Origin: a phage
Direction: 5' to 3' (one strand)
Sequence record: PZ445514.1
DNA: 64,000 nt
Part shown: piece by piece, positions 1 through 7,428 of the stretch
Layout of the letters: the number at the start of each line of letters is the position of its first letter
Position numbering within the stretch: position 1 is the stretch's first letter
The notes under the pieces: generated by a model
Databases searched by the model: none
Told to the model about the DNA's origin: nothing
Seen by the model: the letters and a program-made list of their open reading frames with translations, nothing else
Translations under genes and position numbers: made by a program

Positions 1-258
1 CCAAAAGTCTACGATTTTTGCGCCTCCAGCCTTTAGGCGGTATAGTGTTTCTTGCATCTTGTAAGCCGGGATCGGTCGCGGTGTTACCTGGTCGCCCTTC
101 TCATTCTTGTACTTGATAATATAGTCTTCATTGTCGTTGAATACCCAAAACGGGTATTCTGTAAGGGCGTTGCTATCTTTTTCGTTTTTAGATTGGATCT
201 TGTTTACAATTAAAGCCGTAGCAATAGCGCCAATAATAAAACTTGCCCCGCTGATCAT
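1..258 (-). CDS. hypothetical membrane protein, C-terminus cut by window edge
   Basis: ATG at 258-256 with AAGGAG 7 nt upstream; frame stays open to position 1; hydrophobic N-terminal helix ISGASFIIGAIATALIV. Confidence 0.5.
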   Translation of the reverse strand, partial: MISGASFIIGAIATALIVNKIQSKNEKDSNALTEYPFWVFNDNEDYIIKYKNEKGDQVTPRPIPAYKMQETLYRLKAGGAKIVDFW

Positions 259-333
259 GTACTTTCTCCTTTCATTGTATTGATAAACTATCTTTATAGA
301 TGGCCCTGCTACCAGGACCACCGAAAAAACAGC

Positions 334-579
334 TTATTTGACGATACCGACAAAACAGATCCCGCCTTCCCCTATATAGGCAATATCGGTAATTTTATAA
401 TTTGTCAAGATCCGCGTGTTCAGATCATTAATAAAATCGGTCATCGCGTTGGTGTAGTTGTCTTCCGTGTCTAAGGCATAATCCCAGGTGTACACCTTTT
501 TACGTCCGAAGCCTTTTACCATGATACGGGCGCTTTTGGTGTTGGTAGGGGCATAATATTTGGTGATTAGTGCTGCCAT
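334..579 (-). CDS. hypothetical protein
   Basis: 81-aa ORF with AGGAG 7 nt upstream of ATG. Confidence 0.55.
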   Translation of the reverse strand: MAALITKYYAPTNTKSARIMVKGFGRKKVYTWDYALDTEDNYTNAMTDFINDLNTRILTNYKITDIAYIGEGGICFVGIVK

Positions 580-622
580 GGTTTTAACTCCTATGCATTA
601 GTTCAGTGTTAACAGTATAAAG

Positions 623-666
623 TTTACTTTATTGATGGCCCTGGAGTCAAGGCCATCTAAAAATAA
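623..666. repeat. 44-bp repeat element with internal stem-loop, copy 1
   Basis: Exact copy of 1244-1287; contains GATGGCC-CTGGAGTCAA-GGCCATC; lies 2 nt past the stop of gene 669-1010. Confidence 0.7.
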
Positions 667-668
667 TC

Positions 669-1010
669 TTACTCGTTTTCTTCCAGTTCTGCAAGCTCTT
701 CTTTTGCTTCTTCTAACTCTGTCTGTAATTCCTGGTATTCTTCATCGTCCTCAATATCCAGGCTGTCGATGTAGTCGCTAAATCCGCAGCGGTAAGCGAT
801 AGGATCTAGCTCCTTGAGGATACGCGACGGAAGAAAAGAAATGTTTCCGATCATAATTTCGCCGTAGATCTCGTCTAACCATTCATCATAGTTTTCGTCG
901 TACTTGTCCTCGTCGATTTCAAAGTTATCGATCTTGTTCTCAAGGTCTGCGATCTGTTTTTTCAGTGCGGCGATCTGAATAGCTTTTTCTGCGGCGGTCA
1001 TAGTAGTCAT
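669..1010 (-). CDS. hypothetical acidic coiled-coil protein
   Basis: 113-aa ORF, AAGGAG upstream; very acidic, heptad-like sequence. Confidence 0.6.
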   Translation of the reverse strand: MTTMTAAEKAIQIAALKKQIADLENKIDNFEIDEDKYDENYDEWLDEIYGEIMIGNISFLPSRILKELDPIAYRCGFSDYIDSLDIEDDEEYQELQTELEEAKEELAELEENE

Positions 1011-1089
1011 GGTGTTTTCTCCTTTTGTGTGCTCTGGGAAGTTTTCCCGTTTACGTGTTTAAGTATATCAATCTAAGTTAGCTTGTCAA

Positions 1090-1209
1090 TTAAAAATTTA
1101 AGAAAAATTTTGCAAAACTGTTAGCGCTACTCATTAACATTTGCGCCAGGATGTAACCGACAACGCAGGCGATAATAGTTACCTTTGTGTATTGGCGTGT
1201 AGTGCTCAT
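1090..1209 (-). CDS. putative small membrane peptide (39 aa)
   Basis: Short ORF below ORF-track cutoff; AAAGGGGG upstream of ATG; one hydrophobic helix; sits between two copies of the 44-bp repeat. Confidence 0.3.
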   Translation of the reverse strand: MSTTRQYTKVTIIACVVGYILAQMLMSSANSFAKFFLNF

Positions 1210-1243
1210 CTTAAAGCCCCCTTTTTCGCTTAGCTGAGATTAA

Positions 1244-1287
1244 TTTACTTTATTGATGGCCCTGGAGTCAAGGCCATCTAAAAATAA
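1244..1287. repeat. 44-bp repeat element with internal stem-loop, copy 2
   Basis: Exact copy of 623-666; lies 2 nt past the stop of gene 1290-1694. Confidence 0.7.
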
Positions 1288-1289
1288 AT

Positions 1290-1694
1290 TTAGTAAGTTT
1301 TAAGTACTTTACCGTCTAACCTGTCAAGCTGGATCTCAATAGCTGCAGAGAATCTATTGTACACCACATCGCCCATAGAATCCAACCAGTCTATGACATT
1401 ATACACTTGCTCTTTGTTCTTGCAGGTCCGGATCCGTTTCATGATGTAAGCCGGATCAATATTGGTACTCTCGTTGGTGCTCCCCTGTACCTGGTTTGCC
1501 GTATTAGTTACATCTTTAATGGCCTTTACCACCACCTGGAATGGCTTTAAGGTGCCTTTTGCGTTCATCTCACGCGCTTTTGCGGCGCGGTTGTTATATG
1601 TTACACAACGGCGGCAAATGTTGATCAAATGCATGTCAATAATTTTTTCATCGTTTGCCAGTTCATTCATGATGCGGCGTACGTTCTTATTCAT
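1290..1694 (-). CDS. hypothetical protein
   Basis: 134-aa ORF with AAGGA upstream. Confidence 0.6.
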   Translation of the reverse strand: MNKNVRRIMNELANDEKIIDMHLINICRRCVTYNNRAAKAREMNAKGTLKPFQVVVKAIKDVTNTANQVQGSTNESTNIDPAYIMKRIRTCKNKEQVYNVIDWLDSMGDVVYNRFSAAIEIQLDRLDGKVLKTY

Positions 1695-1742
1695 GATCTT
1701 TTTCCTTTGTGTTGGCGGGAAACATTCCCGCCTTTTGTGACT

Positions 1743-1770
1743 AGTTTACTTGAATTTTGCAGCGTGTCAA
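1743..1770 (-). promoter_or_regulatory. candidate sigma70 promoter (TTGACA -35, 16 nt, TAAACT)
   Basis: Consensus -35 upstream of gene starting at 1694, followed by 5'UTR hairpin GGCGGGAA-TGTT-TCCCGCC. Confidence 0.3.
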
Positions 1771-1776
1771 CAATTT

Positions 1777-2175
1777 TTATTCGTGGGCGCATGTTACAAT
1801 GTGCTTTTTATAGCCAAGGTGGTTAGCAAGTGCCGACAAAAACTCTTCTTCATAGATCCAGCCGTTGGCAGTGATCCCCATAGCATTTAATGCGCTCTCA
1901 AGTGCTGCATTAGCTTTATCGTAACCGTGACCGCTCGCCTTCCCGCCAGTATAACCGTACTTATTGTTCTTGTTGTCGTGAATCCAAAAAACGCAGTATT
2001 GAGTGTTCCCGCTGGCGGCGGCATAATACCGGATCTCAGCTACTTCGTGCAAATTATTGTCATCGTCCAGGCCAACCAGATTATAAGCCTTGTAGAATCC
2101 ACGATCACGGCGGCAGTTCTTGACATCAGAAAAAGAAAAGTCCGCATTATCAAAGTTAAAGGTAGTGGTTTTCAT
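1777..2175 (-). CDS. hypothetical protein
   Basis: 132-aa ORF with GAGGATAAAAT upstream of ATG. Confidence 0.6.
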   Translation of the reverse strand: MKTTTFNFDNADFSFSDVKNCRRDRGFYKAYNLVGLDDDNNLHEVAEIRYYAAASGNTQYCVFWIHDNKNNKYGYTGGKASGHGYDKANAALESALNAMGITANGWIYEEEFLSALANHLGYKKHIVTCAHE

Positions 2176-2207
2176 GATTTTATCCTCTTAGTGTCTTTTG
2201 TGCTTTT

Positions 2208-2236
2208 AGTGTATTTGGTGTCGGACTATATGTCAA
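2208..2236 (-). promoter_or_regulatory. candidate sigma70 promoter (TTGACA -35, 17 nt, TACACT)
   Basis: Consensus -35 with weak -10 upstream of gene starting at 2175. Confidence 0.3.
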
Positions 2237-2239
2237 TAC

Positions 2240-2437
2240 CTATTTTTTATTAAACCAGTGGTTGATCTGGCCTTTTGTCAGGGCGCAACGATTAAGCTGT
2301 TGCCGGGTATAGCTCTGACCGCGACGGAATTTATAAAGGCCTTGCCCGTTGTTGATGGTTACGTCCGCCTGGCAAACCATTTGATCGGTGACGGCCTGGC
2401 GAGTGTTGCGACGTACTTTAATTCCGTAGGCGTTCAT
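2240..2437 (-). CDS. hypothetical small basic protein
   Basis: 65-aa ORF with the same GAGGATAAAAT-ATG context as the neighbouring gene. Confidence 0.5.
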   Translation of the reverse strand: MNAYGIKVRRNTRQAVTDQMVCQADVTINNGQGLYKFRRGQSYTRQQLNRCALTKGQINHWFNKK

Positions 2438-2524
2438 GATTTTTATCCTCTCTGTTAATTAGTGTGGTGTTGTTCACCTTGCGAGGATAAGAATAACAGA
2501 ACTATCCGAGCTGTCAACCATTGG

Positions 2525-2695
2525 TTAGAATTTTTTTGGTAAGAATTCTCCAGCCGCCGCCCCTGCCAGGTTAACCATCATTTTTTCGTACTCTTCTTTA
2601 TGTTCCAACGCTCCCGCCATAGCCTTTTCAACCAGGGCGATAGCCTCAGCGTCATTAATAGCTACATTTTCCAGGGGGATCATATTACCTTTCAT
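2525..2695 (-). CDS. hypothetical small protein (56 aa)
   Basis: Short ORF not in ORF track; strong GAGGAGG 7 nt upstream of ATG at 2695. Confidence 0.4.
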   Translation of the reverse strand: MKGNMIPLENVAINDAEAIALVEKAMAGALEHKEEYEKMMVNLAGAAAGEFLPKKF

Positions 2696-2699
2696 TTTT

Positions 2700-3650
2700 G
2701 TACCTCCTCTTCAATTGTTACCTATCCTATAGCATAGGCCCACCAGGTTTGCAAGCCTTCATTCTCTCCTACCTGGTCAGTTAGGTCCTGCCAGGCTGGC
2801 CCCGCCAGGTTGCAGCGGTCAGCGCATCAGGTTAGAAAAATTTTTTTGAAAAGTGTTGACAGCGGCCCCGCCAGGTGGCACAATATACCTATCGAAAGGA
2901 CGGCAGGCACCGGTGACGGGGAGACAACCACCGGGGATGGGCGCTGCATAAAATGAGAACGGTTATCATTATCGTCTAAAAATTTATGCAAAAACTTCTT
3001 GCTTTCTTTGTCCTGTGTGTTACTATAATAACAAGCCGGGGCAGTAGGGGCCGGGAGACAATCACCGGGGGTGCCCGTTATTCTGCAAACGAGAATGATT
3101 ATCATTCAAAATTCTAAATGAGAACTTTTCTCATTTCATAAATTTAGTTAGCATGCTAATTACCTACCGTGACAATTCTATATAAAATAATACCTCCTAA
3201 AATATTTCCATATACAAATTTTAAAAATCCATTTCCGAAAACGAAAAATCGCTTTCGTTCCCAAAAATTTTAGACCTGGTGCTGGACCAATTTCAAGAAA
3301 ATCCGATTCAGAAAACGAAAAACAGATCGAGTACTGAGAAGTTTATCGAGAAAAATTTTCAGAAAATTCAATCTTTGAAACGAAAAACAGATCGAGTACC
3401 TAGAAAGCTGCACCGCAATTTCAAGATGGTGGTTAGATTATTACCATAAAAGGTCAAGGGTGAGTGGGAAAGTTCTGGTAGAGGGGTGTGAGCATACGCG
3501 GAAAATCTAGAATGGTAGTCCGGAATATGGTGCAAACGATAGGATGAGTGGTTCAGCTCGTCGTGCCTACTCTGAAAAAATCCATTTTAGTTTTCGATCC
3601 ATTTTCTGATTTTCTAACAATTTTAAAATATCTGGCCGGGTGAAATATCA
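2700..3650. repeat. ~1 kb non-coding region with several families of short direct repeats and hairpins
   Basis: No RBS-supported ORF; repeats GAAAACGAAAAACAGATCGAGTAC (x2-3), AAATCCATTTT (x4), GGCCCCGCCAGGT (x2) and two related hairpin-containing ~60-bp units near 2900 and 3040. Confidence 0.55.
2856..2884 (+). promoter_or_regulatory. candidate plus-strand promoter (TTGACA, 17 nt, TG-n-CACAAT) reading into the non-coding repeat region
   Basis: Consensus -35 with extended-minus-10-like TG; no protein gene downstream on the plus strand. Confidence 0.3.
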
Positions 3651-3651
3651 A

Positions 3652-3682
3652 AAGGAGGAAATCCATTTTAGAAATCCTCCTT
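3652..3682 (-). terminator. candidate stem-loop terminator
   Basis: 8-bp inverted repeat AAGGAGGA/TCCTCCTT with T-rich tract after it on the minus strand; downstream of gene ending at 3712. Confidence 0.35.
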
Positions 3683-3711
3683 ATACTTGATATGTCAGAA
3701 ATTTTCAAGTA

Positions 3712-4041
3712 TCAGCTATCTTTGTTTTTAGGTTTATACATGCGGAGAGGTATAGTCTTTGTAACATTCCATTTACTCAACCCTTCCCAGCTCCAGTTGT
3801 GGGCATGGTATCCGGTTATGCATGCACTGCTGGAGTGATCGTAAGCATAAGAGAACGCTAAGCGCACCAGGTGAGGCCAGTCTTTCCACGGTTGTGGTCC
3901 GTAAGCTTTTCTCCAACACCGACACAAACTAAATGTCTCAAGAATAGGCAGGATAACAAATCCATACACCGCCACCAGAATAGCCAGCGCAATGATTGTC
4001 AGGAATACATACCCTGCAGTTGAAACGATGATCTCTGTCAT
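3712..4041 (-). CDS. hypothetical membrane protein
   Basis: 109-aa ORF with N-terminal transmembrane helices; stop/start overlap with next gene. Confidence 0.55.
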   Translation of the reverse strand: MTEIIVSTAGYVFLTIIALAILVAVYGFVILPILETFSLCRCWRKAYGPQPWKDWPHLVRLAFSYAYDHSSSACITGYHAHNWSWEGLSKWNVTKTIPLRMYKPKNKDS

Positions 4042-4235
4042 TTGTCGTCCCCTTTCTTACGGATATAGATGTGAGAGCCTGCCTGTATATAAATTTCTCG
4101 ACCATCTTCTGCAAAGATATGAAATACACGATCACCTTCATACTCGATACGTGATATCTTCATAATGGTCTTTCCACCTGGGATGCGGATCTCGTCCCCC
4201 ACAGCGATGTTCCATGCAGATTTAAGCTTAAACAT
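4038..4235 (-). CDS. hypothetical protein
   Basis: ORF-track start at 4241 is GTG; ATG at 4235 follows AGGAGG by 6 nt. Confidence 0.55.
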   Translation of the reverse strand: MFKLKSAWNIAVGDEIRIPGGKTIMKISRIEYEGDRVFHIFAEDGREIYIQAGSHIYIRKKGDDK

Positions 4236-4473
4236 CTGCACCCTCCTTTGGGAACTTAAACTCTGGCATAGCCATATACGCTACAACAGGGTTGTGATCA
4301 AAGTAGAACTGACCGTTAATTATCCCGGTTTTGTCCACATAGTTACCAGATCCTGCAAGAACAACCTCGCAAGCTCCGAAATCCACATTGCCATCCTCAT
4401 CAGCCATGGCTACGATATACTTTCCAAGAGGCATGTTTTTAACGCCGTCTACAAATGTCCACCCTTTGTTCAT
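4228..4473 (-). CDS. hypothetical protein
   Basis: 81-aa ORF with AGGAG 7 nt upstream. Confidence 0.55.
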   Translation of the reverse strand: MNKGWTFVDGVKNMPLGKYIVAMADEDGNVDFGACEVVLAGSGNYVDKTGIINGQFYFDHNPVVAYMAMPEFKFPKEGADV

Positions 4474-4493
4474 ACTTTATCTCCTGCATTCTC

Positions 4494-4826
4494 TTAAGGT
4501 AACCAGTAAACAATCTCGCCTTTCAGCTTCATGTCGTTTCCAACATAAATTTGCCAGCCATCCATCTTAGCAGCTGCAGGCCCAAAGTCATCCGCACCCC
4601 TTACCTCTTTCCAGGTCCCGTAGTCAGGTTGCCAGATGTAAAATCCACCTTCTTTGTCCCATGCTCCATACACTACGTTTAACAAGTTTCCCATTGCAAC
4701 AATAGTGGGCCGTGGGAACAATGCATCTACAGATGCGCCACAATATCTGGTATCTTTTAAATTGCACTCCCAAAAGATGTCTGCCAGTGTGGCGGCGATA
4801 GCTTTACGTCTTTCTAATGTTACCAT
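4494..4826 (-). CDS. hypothetical protein
   Basis: 110-aa ORF, weak RBS, tightly packed in operon. Confidence 0.5.
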   Translation of the reverse strand: MVTLERRKAIAATLADIFWECNLKDTRYCGASVDALFPRPTIVAMGNLLNVVYGAWDKEGGFYIWQPDYGTWKEVRGADDFGPAAAKMDGWQIYVGNDMKLKGEIVYWLP

Positions 4827-4833
4827 ATCATAC

Positions 4834-5025
4834 TCACTTGTTGTTAATAAGTTCTAAAACTTTCTGTCTTACCTTATCAATATCTGTTGATTCAAAAACT
4901 GTACGATATCCCCAACTTTGCCCATAAGAATGGCTGCAATCACCATAACACCATTGCTCAATTTGATAGTATTCAAGGAACGGGTGCTGTCTAACTATGA
5001 TACCGTCCCGGTTAAAAATTACCAT
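4834..5025 (-). CDS. hypothetical protein
   Basis: 63-aa ORF immediately downstream of a consensus TTGACA/TATAAT promoter. Confidence 0.5.
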   Translation of the reverse strand: MVIFNRDGIIVRQHPFLEYYQIEQWCYGDCSHSYGQSWGYRTVFESTDIDKVRQKVLELINNK

Positions 5026-5056
5026 AATACATCACTCTCTGTTAGTTTATGCGTAT

Positions 5057-5084
5057 ATTATACACTGCAGTTTTCAGATGTCAA
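5057..5084 (-). promoter_or_regulatory. sigma70-type promoter (consensus TTGACA -35 and TATAAT -10, 16-nt spacer)
   Basis: Minus strand reads TTGACA-16 nt-TATAAT about 30 nt upstream of the gene starting at 5025. Confidence 0.5.
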
Positions 5085-5088
5085 CCTC

Positions 5089-5283
5089 TTACAGATTGCT
5101 CCAGTACAATCGGCATTTACATTTTGGGCAATGAGGTTCTTTTATGTAATAACCGTCAGTCTTTGGAACACTTTTTGGTGCAGTTTTAATATTGTACCTG
5201 GTAAAACATCGGAAGCAGGTTACCTCTCCAATCTGTTGATCGTTGATCCACTCGCCAGAGTAAAGTTCTTTCTTGTTCCTCAT
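5089..5283 (-). CDS. putative zinc-ribbon protein
   Basis: 64 aa with CxxC...CxxC pairs (CFRC, CPKC); GAGGAGG upstream. Confidence 0.5.
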   Translation of the reverse strand: MRNKKELYSGEWINDQQIGEVTCFRCFTRYNIKTAPKSVPKTDGYYIKEPHCPKCKCRLYWSNL

Positions 5284-5492
5284 AAGCCCTCCTCAGTCCT
5301 CCAGAACAAATACCAACTCTCCGGTAAATGTTTTTGCAAAGTAATAGCCTGAACATTCATCACTTTTGTACAGCCACCACGTGTCCCAGTCAGGAAGTCG
5401 TACAAGGATATGCTAGGCCCATCTATTACTGGGTATTCTTCAAACGGCCCTTGATTATCCGATTGCGTGGACACACATATGCAGGTTTTCAT
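5280..5492 (-). CDS. hypothetical protein
   Basis: Start moved to internal ATG preceded by GGAGA 7 nt; ATGA overlap with upstream gene. Confidence 0.45.
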   Translation of the reverse strand: MKTCICVSTQSDNQGPFEEYPVIDGPSISLYDFLTGTRGGCTKVMNVQAITLQKHLPESWYLFWRTEEGL

Positions 5493-5659
5493 GCCAGAAT
5501 CTCCAGCCAGAAAGCGCACGGGAACACTTTGATGATTGAATCTTTACCCGGTTCGGCAGTTCTTTTTCCGTAGGGTAGGTAGAAATACCCTCCTGCAGAT
5601 TCGAACACAGCCCCTTCGGTTGTATCTATCACAGCTAGAATTAAGATTTTAGTCTCCAC
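5489..5659 (-). CDS. hypothetical small protein (56 aa, GTG start)
   Basis: GTG preceded by GAGAGGAGAG; stop overlaps start of next gene; not in ORF track. Confidence 0.35.
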   Translation of the reverse strand: METKILILAVIDTTEGAVFESAGGYFYLPYGKRTAEPGKDSIIKVFPCAFWLEILA

Positions 5660-5713
5660 AGTGCTCTCCTCTCTTAGTTGTTGTGGAAACTATATCACCT
5701 CAGAAGATGGTCG

Positions 5714-6172
5714 TCAACACTTTTTGTACTCTACTACAACCACATCAATATCTGTGGTTGCAAGATTAATTACATCTTCTACATGTTCCCACTTTAGACC
5801 GCCAATACCGCATCCGATTTTAGGAATGTAGAACGGCAATGACACACCTTTGAATACCTCGTTGACTCGCTCAAAACCTTTCATGATTGAGAAGTATTCA
5901 GCATTGGGCCCTGGGTAGAACTGGGTATACAGGTTGATTCCATATACGACCCTGTTCTTGGCAAAATGCTCCCAACAAGAAAACATACCCAGCTTGTCTA
6001 GATTCCCATAAGCAGTCTCTTTGTCGGCTGCCAGTGCTTGAGGGAACTCACGGGCAATATCTTTCGCTATGCCTGCACCCATTGTGTGAAAGCAGTTACA
6101 ACCGTGGATCATGTGGCCTGACCCTTTCTTGAAAATGGAGATTAGATCTCCCTTTACAGTATCAATAATCAC
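5714..6172 (-). CDS. macrodomain protein, OARD1/TARG1-like putative ADP-ribose hydrolase
   Basis: By-eye match to OARD1/TARG1 signature from memory: VKGDL, H-x-C-N, MGAGIA, PKIGCGIGGLKWEHV; start uncertain (GTG at 6172 with GAGGAG upstream, or ATG at 6211). Confidence 0.7.
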   Translation of the reverse strand: MIIDTVKGDLISIFKKGSGHMIHGCNCFHTMGAGIAKDIAREFPQALAADKETAYGNLDKLGMFSCWEHFAKNRVVYGINLYTQFYPGPNAEYFSIMKGFERVNEVFKGVSLPFYIPKIGCGIGGLKWEHVEDVINLATTDIDVVVVEYKKC

Positions 6173-6587
6173 GGTATTCCAGCTCCTCTTCTGCAATTTC
6201 CAAAAACTCATCCCAACCCTGTGGCATATTTGAGTTGCCGAAGTGGCTTTCGTAGTAGAGATTTTTACCACTTGGAAGGTAGAAATCTGTTACCTCATAG
6301 AATCCACAATCGTCGCACTCACCTTCTTCAAACTTGGCCTCAACCTTAATACCGAGGAAGGTGAAAAGTTTATGGATATCTTCAGTTTCGAACTCCCAGT
6401 GAATGTTGTTTTCCGCATCGGTGTAGAACTGGATCAGCAGACCATTGTCCAGTTTACCAAAATACTCTGTGAAGTAACTTCCTTCCCAGAAATCTTTATG
6501 ACAAATAATATCCATGCGTTTGCCCATAATAATGGTGTGAGCGTTTTGGGCATCGTCACGAATCAGTTTTGGCATTTCATAGATCAT
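6162..6587 (-). CDS. hypothetical protein, translationally coupled to macrodomain gene
   Basis: 141-aa ORF with GGAGAA upstream; 3' end overlaps the macrodomain gene start. Confidence 0.6.
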   Translation of the reverse strand: MIYEMPKLIRDDAQNAHTIIMGKRMDIICHKDFWEGSYFTEYFGKLDNGLLIQFYTDAENNIHWEFETEDIHKLFTFLGIKVEAKFEEGECDDCGFYEVTDFYLPSGKNLYYESHFGNSNMPQGWDEFLEIAEEELEYRDY

Positions 6588-6655
6588 CTTAGTTCTCCGG
6601 GTTCAACAGGTGGTGGTGCTACAGGAAGATCATAAAACATGGCTATCACAGTCTC

Positions 6656-6853
6656 TTACACAGGAATTGCTTCAAATAGACCGTTATCTATACCGTCCTT
6701 CAGATAGAGATTATATTCTATGTCGGTATCTGTATAAAGGGCAGCATCCAGCATTCTATCTGTGAGTCCATCCATCGGGTGGAGAAACCACCACCCACGC
6801 CAGTCAAAGTAACAGCCTGGTGCATCTTCTCTTACACGGATTCGATAAATCAT
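6656..6853 (-). CDS. hypothetical protein
   Basis: 65-aa ORF with AGGAGG upstream. Confidence 0.5.
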   Translation of the reverse strand: MIYRIRVREDAPGCYFDWRGWWFLHPMDGLTDRMLDAALYTDTDIEYNLYLKDGIDNGLFEAIPV

Positions 6854-6949
6854 GGGCAGTGGCCTCCTGTTAGTTATACATCCCAGTTTTCTTCGTTCAT
6901 CACGTCCTCCCGTTCTATGAAGTTATAATTGCACACCTTTCAACTTGTG

Positions 6950-7366
6950 TCAACAGAAAACTTCAACAAATTCTTCCACAGTTTTAATGTCGTGGGAAAA
7001 AGGTTTACGGCTATAACGGGCAATAGCACTATCAACCACCGCCCGGTACTCCAAATCTTCAGAATATTTCATGAAGCATTGCAGCGTCTCTGGGCAGATA
7101 GCTAAATAGCTCCACCACCCCTCTTCAGATTGGTAGTCGAATCCCATACTCTCCAACCATGAAGCATATACGCCTGCACCTTCAAGCCAGTGAGTATTTT
7201 CATCCAGAAACTTGTTAATAGACATGTGAGCTTCTAAGCATTTATCCAGCTCTTTTCCGTTAACCAGCCATGCACTGACTGTGGCGCATCCGAGGTCTAC
7301 AGATTGAGTTGACAGGTTGTATTGGTCATAGTTCTCAGGTTTAACAATGATATCTTCTAATGTCAT
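6950..7366 (-). CDS. hypothetical protein
   Basis: 138-aa ORF with AAGGAG upstream; first gene after terminator at 7384-7413. Confidence 0.6.
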   Translation of the reverse strand: MTLEDIIVKPENYDQYNLSTQSVDLGCATVSAWLVNGKELDKCLEAHMSINKFLDENTHWLEGAGVYASWLESMGFDYQSEEGWWSYLAICPETLQCFMKYSEDLEYRAVVDSAIARYSRKPFSHDIKTVEEFVEVFC

Positions 7367-7383
7367 TTTTCAGATCTCCTTAT

Positions 7384-7413
7384 ACAAAAATGCCCCACCC
7401 TTTCGGGCAGGGC
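7384..7413 (-). terminator. rho-independent terminator
   Basis: Minus strand GCCCTGCCC-GAAA-GGGTGGGGC followed by TTTTT; downstream of gene ending at 7429. Confidence 0.6.
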
Positions 7414-7428
7414 TATGTTAACTAGATG

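Noticed and set aside
2827-3105. 92-aa minus-strand ORF inside the non-coding repeat region
   Set aside because: No RBS, low-complexity Pro/Ser/Val composition, and it spans the direct repeats and hairpins; more likely a chance ORF
3230-3420. Possible CRISPR-like array from repeated GAAAACGAAAAACAGATCGAGTAC units
   Set aside because: Only 2-3 imperfect copies with irregular spacing, no cas genes, and a phage context; more consistent with iterons or regulatory repeats
5560-5650. Possible tRNA suggested by a GTTCGAATC T-loop-like motif
   Set aside because: TTCGAA is palindromic and the flanking bases do not form a 5-bp T-stem or acceptor stem on either strand; the region is better explained as the small GTG-start CDS 5489-5659
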